From Chitinophaga pinensis (GTDB lineage: Bacteria; Bacteroidota; Bacteroidia; Chitinophagales; Chitinophagaceae), in assembly GCA_943372225.1 (NCBI GenBank), contig CALRXV020000003.1, positions 206,479 through 270,478 of the forward strand: a stretch of 64,000 nt of DNA. The letters run 5' to 3'. Shown here piece after piece: positions 19,206-28,340 of the stretch. The stretch's first letter is position 1; each line of letters starts with the position of its first letter. The position numbers and the translations under genes are program-made. Below the pieces are notes generated by a model. It had not been told where the DNA came from, did not search any database, and saw nothing but the letters and a program-made list of their open reading frames with translations.

Positions 19206-19740
19206 TTGTTTCCATGTTTTTTGCTGCTAATAATTGTTGCAAGAGCATTCTTGCTTTGTTTAACTGACTCTTACTAGTGCCTTCTGTAATCCCCAGTTCC
19301 TGCGCAATCTCTCCATGCTTCAAGCCCTCTATCACGTGCAGGTTGAATACGGTTCTATATCCAATGGGCAACTGCGTAATCAATTGAAACAATTCTTCTG
19401 CCGCCAATTGATCCAGTGCATTGTCAGCCACGGGAATCTCTTGAGCCAATTCTTCTGCTACCAAGAGCATGGGCTCTTTTTTTCTTAAACTGCGCAGGCA
19501 CTCATTCACCATAATCCGTTTCATCCAGTTAATAGCAGCTCCATCGTTTTGGTATTCAAAATTGGGGAGGGCTTTGAAGATGCATAAGAACCCATTCATC
19601 ATGCATTCCTCAGCCGTTTCATTGTTGCGCAAATACCTTCTACAAAGCAGGAAGAAGCTGGTAGAAAATTTGTCGAACAGCCATTTCTGGGCCGTTAGCC
19701 TTTCTTCCTTACATTCTTGTAGCAGTTTTGCTAGTTCCAT
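19183..19740 (-). CDS. RNA polymerase ECF-type sigma-70 factor
   Basis: Region 2 (AEECMMNGF...WMKRIMVNECL) and region 4 (LPIGYRTVFNLHVIEGLKHGEIAQELGITEGTSKSQLNKAR). Confidence 0.93.
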   Translation of the reverse strand: MELAKLLQECKEERLTAQKWLFDKFSTSFFLLCRRYLRNNETAEECMMNGFLCIFKALPNFEYQNDGAAINWMKRIMVNECLRSLRKKEPMLLVAEELAQEIPVADNALDQLAAEELFQLITQLPIGYRTVFNLHVIEGLKHGEIAQELGITEGTSKSQLNKARMLLQQLLAAKNMETNAQRKTK

Positions 19741-19859
19741 TAATCAGCCGCTTTATTAGTTAAATGCCTTTTTGAAGCAAAGGGTTGTATGGGATAGAAA
19801 AAAATGTTGAACCAAAGATAGCCGCTTTCAGTTCTGACAACTTAGGGTTAACTTGTAGC

Positions 19860-20582
19860 GTGGAAAAACCATTCCCATATAGGATCTACCCCATTGGAGA
19901 CCAAGCCATCACACTGGACTTTGGAAATTTGATCAAGGATGAGATCAATGCCCAAGTAATGGCCCTGTTTTATTGGTTCAAAGAAGAAGACCTGCACGGG
20001 ATCAAAGACATTATTCCAGCTTATTCCACAATTAGTTTAGTCTATGACGCAGCATTGATTAGAAAATGGGTGGGCAATGGTTCGGTTTATCAATATATGG
20101 AGCAGTACCTGACCAATACCTTGCAGCAATTGGATTTACTGGCTTTGCCCAGCAGCAGAGAACTGTGTATTCCGGTTTGTTATCACCAAAGTTTGGCGCC
20201 TGATTTAGCGGAGCTTTGTCAGGAAAAGAACATGGACTTGGATGAATTTGTGTCCATTCATACTTCTATTCCTTATAGGGTGTATATGATTGGCTTCTTG
20301 CCTGGATTTGCCTATATGGGTAGTTTGGATGACCGCATTGTTGCTCCGCGTAAACAAACACCGCGTACCCATGTGGCAGCAGGATCGGTTGGTATTGCTG
20401 GCGTTCAAACGGGGATCTATCCCTTTGCTTCCCCGGGGGGATGGCAGTTGATTGGCCAAACACCTATGACTTTGTTTAGAGCCAATGATGATCAACCCAG
20501 TTTGTTTCAACCGGGTGACCAAGTAAAGTTTGAAGCCATTAGCATTGACCAATTTTATCAACTAAAAAATAATCCATCCTGA
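19860..20582 (+). CDS. pxpB: 5-oxoprolinase subunit B
   Basis: GDQAITL, IIPAYSTI, YMIGFLPGFAYMG, SPGGWQLIGQT motifs; start placed at GTG 19860 (ORF track starts at 19785). Confidence 0.88.
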   Translation: MEKPFPYRIYPIGDQAITLDFGNLIKDEINAQVMALFYWFKEEDLHGIKDIIPAYSTISLVYDAALIRKWVGNGSVYQYMEQYLTNTLQQLDLLALPSSRELCIPVCYHQSLAPDLAELCQEKNMDLDEFVSIHTSIPYRVYMIGFLPGFAYMGSLDDRIVAPRKQTPRTHVAAGSVGIAGVQTGIYPFASPGGWQLIGQTPMTLFRANDDQPSLFQPGDQVKFEAISIDQFYQLKNNPS

Positions 20583-21559
20583 TGGGCGTGCGCGTGCTTA
20601 AATCAGGGATGGCAGATAGTCTGCGCGACGCCGGAAGATTTGGCTTTCAGCACTTGGGTATACCACCCGGCGGCGCAATGGACAACATTGCCATGCAAGT
20701 GGCGAATATATTAGTGGGTAATCCAACAGGAGCGGCAGTCATGGAAATGCACTATCCCGCGCCACAATTGGAATTTAACTCACCCGCACTGATGGCCCTT
20801 AGTGGTGCGGATTTTCAAGCCACTTTAGATGGCGTAGAAATAGCCTTGAACCAACCCATACTGGTACCAACCGGTTCCGTAATCAAATTCATTAAACCAG
20901 TTGCTGGTGCCCGATGTTATTTAGGCGTTAAAGGCGGTTTCGAAGCCGATGAATGGTTGGGGTCCAAGACCACCAATAATTTTGCGGTTCGTGGCGGATA
21001 CCAAGGACGCAATTTGCAAAAAGCTGACTGGGTAGCATTTGCCAAACCCTTTTCTTATGAAGTAGAAGAACCCGCGGTCATGCCTTGGACAGCCAATGTT
21101 CGAGAGCTCTATCCACAAGGTCCCTGTTTTTTGATTCCAGGGGCGGAATACGAATTATTAGATACTGCATCCAAACAATGTCTGATTCATGAACCCTTTC
21201 AGATTGCCACCAATAGCAATAGAATGGGGTATCGATTGCAATCAGCACCCATGCACTTGGGTGAGTATAAAGAATGTCTTTCTTCCGGAGTAGGTTTTGG
21301 AACCCTGCAGTTATTACCCGACGCACAGACCATCTTGCTCATGGCTGATCACCAAACTACGGCGGGTTATCCAAGACTAGGGCATGTAGCATCCGTGTCT
21401 CTTCCAAGTTTGGCGCAGCTGAATGCGGGAGACAGTATTCGCTTTCAATTGATAGACATGAACACTGCCGAATCCTTGTATGCGGCCCAAGAAAAGCATT
21501 TGCGCCAACTCAAAAATGCCTGTAACTTTCGCTTGCAGGAATACCTTTCTAATGACTAA
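20582..21559 (+). CDS. pxpC: 5-oxoprolinase subunit C (biotin-dependent carboxyltransferase family)
   Basis: DAGRFGFQHLGIPPGGAMD, SNRMGYRL, DHQTTAGYPR motifs; translationally coupled to pxpB (TGATG). Confidence 0.9.
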   Translation: MGVRVLKSGMADSLRDAGRFGFQHLGIPPGGAMDNIAMQVANILVGNPTGAAVMEMHYPAPQLEFNSPALMALSGADFQATLDGVEIALNQPILVPTGSVIKFIKPVAGARCYLGVKGGFEADEWLGSKTTNNFAVRGGYQGRNLQKADWVAFAKPFSYEVEEPAVMPWTANVRELYPQGPCFLIPGAEYELLDTASKQCLIHEPFQIATNSNRMGYRLQSAPMHLGEYKECLSSGVGFGTLQLLPDAQTILLMADHQTTAGYPRLGHVASVSLPSLAQLNAGDSIRFQLIDMNTAESLYAAQEKHLRQLKNACNFRLQEYLSND

Positions 21560-22295
21560 ACAAATTGACCTCAATTGCGATATGGGTGAGGGCGTGGACA
21601 ATGACGCCAAGCTCATGCCCCTGATTAGTAGTGCCAATATTGCATGTGGTTATCATGCGGGGAGTGATTCCATCATGCGCGCCACCGTAGCACTAGCCAA
21701 ACTAAGCGGCGTTTCCATTGGCGCGCATCCCGGCTTTGCAGACAAGGAAAATTTTGGACGCACAGAAATGCAGCTGAGTGAAAAGGAACTCTATCAATTG
21801 ATTTGGGATCAGCTTACACTTATGCAAACCGTCACGAAAGAAGCATCCGTAAACATGCACCATGTAAAACCCCATGGGGCATTATACAATATGGCTGCTA
21901 GAGATGCATCTATGGCTAAAGTGATTGCACAAGCCGTGAAAGACTTTGATGCTAATCTCATGTTGTATGGATTGAGTGGCAGTTTTTTGATTTCTGAAGC
22001 AAAAGCCCTTGGATTAACAACTGCTTCAGAAGTTTTTGCAGACAGAACCTATCAAGACAATGGAAGTCTTACACCTAGAAGTCAACCCAATGCCATGATT
22101 CATAATCAAGCCAGTTCTTTAGCACAGGTCTTACAAATGATTCAAGAACAAACGGTTGAAACCGTTACAGGAAATACAATTCCCTTATCAGCTGAAACCA
22201 TTTGCATTCATGGCGATGGTCCACATGCACTATCCTTTGCCCAACAAATCAATACTGCTTTACAAGCTGCATCTATCAAGATTCAATCAAGATAA
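21552..22295 (+). CDS. pxpA: 5-oxoprolinase subunit A (LamB/YcsF family)
   Basis: IDLNCDMGEG, SANIACGYHAG, GAHPGFAD, HVKPHGALYN, TICIHGD; start revised to ATG 21552. Confidence 0.92.
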   Translation: MTKQIDLNCDMGEGVDNDAKLMPLISSANIACGYHAGSDSIMRATVALAKLSGVSIGAHPGFADKENFGRTEMQLSEKELYQLIWDQLTLMQTVTKEASVNMHHVKPHGALYNMAARDASMAKVIAQAVKDFDANLMLYGLSGSFLISEAKALGLTTASEVFADRTYQDNGSLTPRSQPNAMIHNQASSLAQVLQMIQEQTVETVTGNTIPLSAETICIHGDGPHALSFAQQINTALQAASIKIQSR

Positions 22296-22297
22296 TA

Positions 22298-23479
22298 GTG
22301 AAAAAAGTTTCCAACGCATCAGCCATTACCGGAGCCGCATTCTTAATGGCAACATCGGCCATTGGCCCAGGATTTCTAACTCAGACAACGGTCTTCACCA
22401 AACAATTACTCTCCAGTTTTGGCTTTGTAATTGTGATTTCTATTTTGTTAGACATTGGCGCGCAAATGAATATTTGGCGTGTATTGGCAGTAACGGGGAA
22501 ACGCGCGCAAGACTTGGCCAATGAACTCTTGCCCGGTCTTGGTTATCTCTTGGCCGGATTAATTTTATTGGGTGGACTTGCTTTTAATATTGGCAATATT
22601 GGAGGATGCGGTTTGGGTCTCAATGTACTCACCGGTATGGATACCGCTTATGGGGCTTTGTTTAGTTGCGTGATAGCACTCATGATTTTTTGGATGAAGG
22701 AAGCTGGTAAAATGATGGACTTATTTGCCAAATTCTTGGGCATCCTCATGATCCTGCTCACCATTTATGTGGCAATTAGTTCTCATCCGCCGTTGGGCGA
22801 TGCGCTACAACATAGTTTTGTTCCTGAGACCATCAGCAGCACAGCAATTGTAACCCTAGTGGGAGGAACTGTTGGAGGCTATATCTGTTTTGCAGGTGGG
22901 CATAGATTATTAGACGCAGGCATTTCAGGAGAAGCACAATTGCCCTCCGTGAATAAGAGTGCCGTAACTGGAATCTTGGTCACCGCCGTCATGCGATTTG
23001 TCTTGTTTTTAGCAGCCCTTGGTGTGATCATGCAAGGCGTGCAATTAGACATGAGTAATCCACCCGCATCTGTTTTCCGTGCAGCAGCTGGAGAAATGGG
23101 ATATAAGTTTTTTGGCGTGGTTATGTGGTGTGCTGCTATTACATCGGTAGTAGGTGCAGCATACACTTCCGTTTCTTTTTTAAAAACCTTTCACCCTTGG
23201 ATTGCCAAAAATGAACGCTGGCTCATCAGTGGATTTATTGTCTTTTCTACCGTAGCTTATATTTTCATTGGCAACCCCGTAAAAATTTTGGTTACCGTTG
23301 GAGCACTCAATGGACTCATCTTGCCTATTGCTCTAGCCATTATGTTGGTTGTTAGCCGCAAATCTGCGCTGGTAGGTACTTATAAGCATTCTGGCATTTT
23401 AACCGCCGTGGGTTGGTTGGTGGTGATAGTCATGAGTTATATGGGTGGACTTACCATCAGAAACTGGATCATCAACTAG
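22298..23479 (+). CDS. NRAMP-family (YcsG-like) transporter, probable 5-oxoproline uptake
   Basis: GAAFLMATSAIGPGFLTQT and GGTVGGYICFAGGHRLLDAG motifs; about 11 TM; follows pxpA as in Bacillus ycsF-ycsG; start revised to GTG 22298. Confidence 0.85.
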   Translation: MKKVSNASAITGAAFLMATSAIGPGFLTQTTVFTKQLLSSFGFVIVISILLDIGAQMNIWRVLAVTGKRAQDLANELLPGLGYLLAGLILLGGLAFNIGNIGGCGLGLNVLTGMDTAYGALFSCVIALMIFWMKEAGKMMDLFAKFLGILMILLTIYVAISSHPPLGDALQHSFVPETISSTAIVTLVGGTVGGYICFAGGHRLLDAGISGEAQLPSVNKSAVTGILVTAVMRFVLFLAALGVIMQGVQLDMSNPPASVFRAAAGEMGYKFFGVVMWCAAITSVVGAAYTSVSFLKTFHPWIAKNERWLISGFIVFSTVAYIFIGNPVKILVTVGALNGLILPIALAIMLVVSRKSALVGTYKHSGILTAVGWLVVIVMSYMGGLTIRNWIIN

Positions 23480-23585
23480 TGGGTTACTCATACTTTTTCA
23501 ACCCCAATTCTGAAAATCAGAACTGCTGATTCCGCTTTTCTTCGGGTCACCGTACTTAGTTTTTGAGAAAAAATATTTTAGCCCA

Positions 23586-23611
23586 TTTTTATACTCGAAC
23601 AAGTATAAAAA
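23586..23611. repeat. Palindrome TTTTTATACT-CGAACA-AGTATAAAAA, copy 1 of a duplicated box
   Basis: 10-bp perfect inverted arms with a 6-nt spacer. Confidence 0.75.
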
Positions 23612-23889
23612 TAGCCTTTCATTTTCTCCGAGATTTTCATATAAATAGTTTGATTTTTTTTAGAATAGTTGGAGTTTGAATTGACATTTTGTATTTTATA
23701 TGAACAGGTTGATATTTTTGTTTTCTTAATTACATTAAATTAAATCCTGAGAGTAGTTTAGATTCCTTTGAATTCTCATTGAAATTTCTTTAGTGTACCC
23801 TTGAGGTATCATTATAATATAAACCTTTTTTATTTCTCTAATTGGATTAGTAAATGTTGTGGAAAACTCAAAAATTTTTTGGCCTTCAA

Positions 23890-23911
23890 TTTATACTCGA
23901 ATGAGTATAAA
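23890..23911. repeat. Palindrome TTTATACTC-GAAT-GAGTATAAA, copy 2 of a duplicated box
   Basis: 9-bp perfect inverted arms; 20/22 identical to copy 1, offset 302 bp. Confidence 0.75.
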
Positions 23912-24131
23912 AAACGCCCATTTTTAAAAGTTCAAAAAAGTAATTACGGTCTTGCAAATTTATGAGAGATCCTGCCATTGCAGTTCTGCGGCAGATGTAG
24001 ATTTCACTGGGATTCTCCAGAGGGTAGCGATGATTATTTCAGATTCGGCAGAGCTTATGTAGATCTGCAGAAGATCTTGGTTGATTTTATGTAAGTAGCG
24101 AGTGATTTTGATTAAGTTCTTCTGCAGATTT

Positions 24132-25235
24132 TTATGATTGCGCCAACAAAAGTCCCGCATTTGCTTGATCATCTACCACTGGGGCATCCACTCTAGTAAC
24201 CAAGGAGCTGAGGTTTTCTCTATTGCGCTCAAGGCTTTTGCTGTATAATTTATCATAGTACTGCAAAAGCACTCTGAAAGAAGCGTGAACATCATCTTCT
24301 ACCAAACTATTGATAGCGGTTTTGGTTTCTAAACCGCCTAGTTTTTTCTTGATCCGAATGATAGCGTTGATCAATTGTTCTTTTGGAAACTTGCCATAAT
24401 GGATGCAGATATAATTCAGTCTTGACTCAAAAGGAATATCCAAAAAGAAGACTTTTTTCTGCCGCATTTTTTGATACAAAACCGTTGGCACATTCACCGT
24501 TCCAATGCGCTGACTCTCGTCTTCTATCCAAATGCATTTTGGGGTGGGTTTTGGAATGTCCGCAACCGGGTTGATTTCTGATGTTGTATTTGAATCGGCA
24601 GTGGGCTCGGAGTGAGTTGAACTTGTATTTGCTAACGCCTGCGCCAATTTATTTTCAAACATCTCCTGCGATGGTTGTGCAGGCAATCCCATATTACCAA
24701 ATGCAGAACCCTTGTGACCAGCCAACCCCTCTAAGTCTATCACGCATTCTGACTTTTTGGCTAACGCTTTCAATACTTCAGTTTTACCCGAGCCAGTGTA
24801 TCCGCCAAGAATCTGTATGGGATAATCTTTTTCAAATTGCTCCAACACCCAACCCCTATAAGCTTTGTAGCCGCCTTGTAAAGTGTAAACCTGATACCCA
24901 TACAAATCCAGCAACCAGGCCACACCTGCGCTTCGCATTCCTCCGCGCCAACAATGGACCAAAACTATTTTTGAGGTAAAAGATCTTTCCACCGTCTCCA
25001 CCATCTCTACCATTTTCACCCCAAAATATTTCAGACCAATCTTAATAGCTACTTGTTTGCTTTGTTGCTTATAAGCTGTGCCCACAACTTTTCTTTCTTC
25101 ATCGCTGAACAGCGGAAGACTTTGCGCGCCAGGAATATGCGCGTGCAGGTATTCACCCGGGCTACGCACATCTAATACAGGATGTGTTTTAGCCAGTGTT
25201 AAAAATTCTGCAAGACCTACTCTTTTTGCTGCCAT
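24132..25235 (-). CDS. mnmH: tRNA 2-selenouridine(34) synthase (rhodanese + P-loop)
   Basis: LDVRSPGEYLHAHIPGA, HCWRGGMRS, LQGGYKAYR, GGYTGSGKT, IDLEGLAGHKGSAFG, EDESQRIG; start at ATG 25235. Confidence 0.93.
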   Translation of the reverse strand: MAAKRVGLAEFLTLAKTHPVLDVRSPGEYLHAHIPGAQSLPLFSDEERKVVGTAYKQQSKQVAIKIGLKYFGVKMVEMVETVERSFTSKIVLVHCWRGGMRSAGVAWLLDLYGYQVYTLQGGYKAYRGWVLEQFEKDYPIQILGGYTGSGKTEVLKALAKKSECVIDLEGLAGHKGSAFGNMGLPAQPSQEMFENKLAQALANTSSTHSEPTADSNTTSEINPVADIPKPTPKCIWIEDESQRIGTVNVPTVLYQKMRQKKVFFLDIPFESRLNYICIHYGKFPKEQLINAIIRIKKKLGGLETKTAINSLVEDDVHASFRVLLQYYDKLYSKSLERNRENLSSLVTRVDAPVVDDQANAGLLLAQS

Positions 25236-25274
25236 CAACACAAATGTAAGTCTAGTTTATTGTAACTTTTCCGC

Positions 25275-25766
25275 ATGAAGCGATTATTGATTATCCGCCA
25301 CGCCAAGAGTAGTTGGAACAACAATTTGCTGGGCGATTTTGACCGCCCTTTGAATGAGCGTGGCGAGCGCGATGCCCCTGAAATGGCGCACAGGATTCTA
25401 GAGAAGGGAATCAAGCTTGACGCCATTGTTTCCAGCACAGCTAGAAGGGCTTTTAGCACTGCGGAGCATTTTGCCAAATCGCAGGAGATCAAAAAAAACG
25501 CCATCATCAGTTTTGATAAATTGTATCATGCACCTGCACATGTGTTTAATGAGATTATTCAGGAACTGGATGACAAGCTCAATACGGTGGCCATTTTTTC
25601 TCATAACCCCGGGATCACTGATTTTGTAAATGGACTAACCGATACCCGCATTGATGATATGCCCACTTGCGGTATCTATGCCATTAATATTCCCATCAAA
25701 TACTGGACGGAATTTGAAGAGGTTGATAAACTGTTCTGGTTTTTTGACTGTCCGAAAAATGGGTAG
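25275..25766 (+). CDS. sixA: SixA-like histidine phosphatase family protein
   Basis: IIRHAKSSW, DFDRPLNERG, SSTARRA, FSHNPGIT motifs. Confidence 0.85.
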   Translation: MKRLLIIRHAKSSWNNNLLGDFDRPLNERGERDAPEMAHRILEKGIKLDAIVSSTARRAFSTAEHFAKSQEIKKNAIISFDKLYHAPAHVFNEIIQELDDKLNTVAIFSHNPGITDFVNGLTDTRIDDMPTCGIYAINIPIKYWTEFEEVDKLFWFFDCPKNG

Positions 25767-25835
25767 TATTGTTGGTAGAGGGAATGGATATTGTGAATTG
25801 GTAGGGAGAATGGTTTTGAGAGGGGTAGGTTGTTT

Positions 25836-26747
25836 TTAATCTTCCACCACCGTCTCAGGAACGCTTCTTTTATAATTGGCTAGAAAGACCCCTGTAAAAA
25901 TGCAGATTGCCGCCAGCAACTTGATCCAACTAAAATGTTCACCCGCAAACAGGATGGCAATGATAGCGGCAAATATGGGTTGGGTATAGATATAAGTGCC
26001 GGTGGCCGATGGTCCAATCACTGAAATTCCGTACACATTAAACAGATAAGCCAAACAAGTGGCGCCAATGGCTATAAAAGCAAGTGCTATCCAGTGTCCA
26101 AATGCAAAGGCAGACCAATCCGTTGCTACAAAATCACCCAGCGTAAATGGCAAAATGAGTACTGTGCCAAAAGTGAAGACCCAACGCAAAACATGTATGG
26201 CTGAATACTTGGCCATCAAGGGGCGCACCATGACTAAGTAAAAAGCATAAGAAATGGCGTTGATCATGACCATCAGATCGCCCAGAATAATATTGCTTCC
26301 AACTGTTGCCTGTTGTTCCTTGGTCAGAATCAATAAGAGGGATCCACCTACGCCAAAAATCAATCCCAGAATTTTTAACCAGCTCAACATTTCTTTGATT
26401 AACCAAGCTGCTATAAACGTAATAAAGATGGGCGTACAAAGTGAGAGCAGGGAACTATGAATGGGTGTAGTGAGTGAGACCCCTTTGATAAACATTAATT
26501 GGTTAATCATAGCTCCCGTAGCGGCGCAGGCCAAAAACCGGGGAATATCTTTTCTATCAATACTAGCTCTGCCAGGTTTGAGCGCAAAGAGACCCCAGAA
26601 AAAAACCAGACTTACCAAGATGCGCACGGCATTGAGCGCATAGGGATGCATCACGCCGGGTGTGAGGTATTTGACAACAGAATAGCTGATGGCAAAAATG
26701 ATATTGGCACCTAACACTGCTAAGTGAGCCTTGGTATTTCTTTCCAT
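25836..26747 (-). CDS. DMT/EamA family transporter
   Basis: Ten TM segments in two EamA repeats. Confidence 0.88.
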   Translation of the reverse strand: MERNTKAHLAVLGANIIFAISYSVVKYLTPGVMHPYALNAVRILVSLVFFWGLFALKPGRASIDRKDIPRFLACAATGAMINQLMFIKGVSLTTPIHSSLLSLCTPIFITFIAAWLIKEMLSWLKILGLIFGVGGSLLLILTKEQQATVGSNIILGDLMVMINAISYAFYLVMVRPLMAKYSAIHVLRWVFTFGTVLILPFTLGDFVATDWSAFAFGHWIALAFIAIGATCLAYLFNVYGISVIGPSATGTYIYTQPIFAAIIAILFAGEHFSWIKLLAAICIFTGVFLANYKRSVPETVVED

Positions 26748-26759
26748 TCGGCCACAAAA

Positions 26760-27902
26760 CTACAGGCTTTCTATTGCCAAGAGCAAACCTTGTAACATAT
26801 TTGTGTTGAAAAAAGGCAATTCTTTTGAAACCCTTGAATCGGCGCTCAATTTTTTTGCTTGCGCGATGGATTCGCTTAAAGTAAATTTTGCTTGCGCAAC
26901 AGTAATTGCCAAACCCTGAGCAGCTAATTGCTGCGCCAAGTATTCCTGCTCAGTTTGTCCCGGCGTAGGAATCAAAATGGCGTTTTTGCGCAGCGCTGCT
27001 AAGTCCATTAATGTGGAATATCCGCTTCTGCAAATGATCCATTCGCTAGACAAAATGATTTGTGCTAATTCAGCGGCTGGTAAATGGTTGAAAATTTTTA
27101 AATGACAATTTTCTATGGGTAATGAATGGGAAGTTGATGGTAATCCACGCACAAGGACCATTGGTGCATTCAAGTCTTTGATATTGTCTAAGATCAAAGA
27201 CTCCAAAATACTTCTTTGCGGCTCTGGTCCCGATAATAAGAAACAGTATTGATAGGCAAATGGAAGAGTAGCATCCTTGTTTGTTTGAACCACTGCTTCG
27301 GCAGATTTGCTCGGAGCAAATCGCGATAGCGACCCAATCCATTTAACAGGTATGGCAGGCATTTTCATTGGATGTGATAATTCACCTCCTAAGTTCAGCG
27401 GCCCCTTGGCATCGGGCACCCAACAAGTATGAAAGCGATTGATTAGTAAATAGTGAATTTTTTGTACATGCCTCTCCAGCCATGCAAAGGGCATTTTAAT
27501 GGTCAGCTGATGGGTAATCAATACGCAGGGAATTTTTTTAGAATAAAGCCCATAGCGATTATCAGCAATAACCATGTCAATTTGTTGATCCTCAATCATC
27601 TTATCCAACCATGCGTGCTCGTCTTTAATGGTTTGAAAAATACTGGGAGCCTGTGACAACATTTGCCAAGGCAACCCCCAACCTGTTTTGGCGTAACTGA
27701 TATGGTAACCCCTGAGTGGTAAAAGGGTCAGAGACGGAAATTCGGTTTGCAATAATTGGGCAGAAGGCCCATCGCCAGCCAACAAGACAGTCTTGCCTAA
27801 TTCCTGAAGGGCTTTGATAATAGGAATACAGCGCGTAGCATGTCCAAGCCCCCAATCCAGTGGGGCAACCAGTACGCGTTCTATGTTAATATTATCAAAC
27901 AA
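26760..27902 (-). CDS. Glycosyltransferase, family 28 C-terminal-domain type
   Basis: PLDWGLGHATRCIP, LLSGPEPQR, ICRSGYSTLMD, IPTPGQTEQEYLA motifs. Confidence 0.85.
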   Translation of the reverse strand: MFDNINIERVLVAPLDWGLGHATRCIPIIKALQELGKTVLLAGDGPSAQLLQTEFPSLTLLPLRGYHISYAKTGWGLPWQMLSQAPSIFQTIKDEHAWLDKMIEDQQIDMVIADNRYGLYSKKIPCVLITHQLTIKMPFAWLERHVQKIHYLLINRFHTCWVPDAKGPLNLGGELSHPMKMPAIPVKWIGSLSRFAPSKSAEAVVQTNKDATLPFAYQYCFLLSGPEPQRSILESLILDNIKDLNAPMVLVRGLPSTSHSLPIENCHLKIFNHLPAAELAQIILSSEWIICRSGYSTLMDLAALRKNAILIPTPGQTEQEYLAQQLAAQGLAITVAQAKFTLSESIAQAKKLSADSRVSKELPFFNTNMLQGLLLAIESL

Positions 27903-27953
27903 TTGAAAGTTTTGATTGGTTTTCTAAGACCGTTTGCTGAAATTAGTGCAGTT

Positions 27954-28088
27954 ATGCGTCCCAAAATAAACCAATTAATCGTTTTACTGTTATTGATTTC
28001 AATGGTCACCATTTCTTGCGCTTCTGCTAAAAGTAGAAGAGCCAATGGATGTGGTTGTCCGCCCCACAAATGGAATGAAAGGCAATAA
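27954..28088 (+). CDS. Small putative lipoprotein (44 aa) with CGCP motif
   Basis: MRPKINQLIVLLLLISMVTISC: basic N-region, hydrophobic core, lipobox Cys; 3 nt gap to the next ORF. Start revised from 27840. Confidence 0.6.
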   Translation: MRPKINQLIVLLLLISMVTISCASAKSRRANGCGCPPHKWNERQ

Positions 28089-28091
28089 GCT

Positions 28092-28340
28092 ATGAGTGAA
28101 AAAAACAGAGATTTGTTGGTCTTGAGTCATCAGGGTCCACTAACACAGGAGGAATTAGACAAGCAATTGTTGCGCTTGAATAAAGTGTTGAGCAATATTG
28201 AATGCTGGGATCAATTTTGCAAAGCCAATGAATTAATAGACCTCAACAGGTACAAGATTATTCGTAACCCCATGAAGATTCAGCAGATGCTGCGCGATTA
28301 TCCCAACCGAGCTTTCTTATTTGTTTGCAATAAAAACTAA
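28092..28340 (+). CDS. Hypothetical protein (82 aa)
   Basis: ORF fills the gap between the small lipoprotein and murA, with natural amino-acid composition. Confidence 0.7.
   Translation: MSEKNRDLLVLSHQGPLTQEELDKQLLRLNKVLSNIECWDQFCKANELIDLNRYKIIRNPMKIQQMLRDYPNRAFLFVCNKN

Noticed and set aside
19860-23479. pxpBCA-NRAMP cluster as a novel system
   Set aside because: It matches the established prokaryotic 5-oxoprolinase with a YcsG-like transporter.
23718-23745. Possible dif (XerCD) site TTGTTTTCTTA-ATTACA-TTAAATTAAAT
   Set aside because: The right arm matches TTATGTTAAAT at 9/11, but the left arm lacks the conserved ATAA end at the required 6-nt spacing; easily chance in AT-rich DNA.
23960-24172. 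70-aa ORF on the minus strand after mnmH
   Set aside because: Overlaps the mnmH 3' end, no recognisable motif, no supporting start context.
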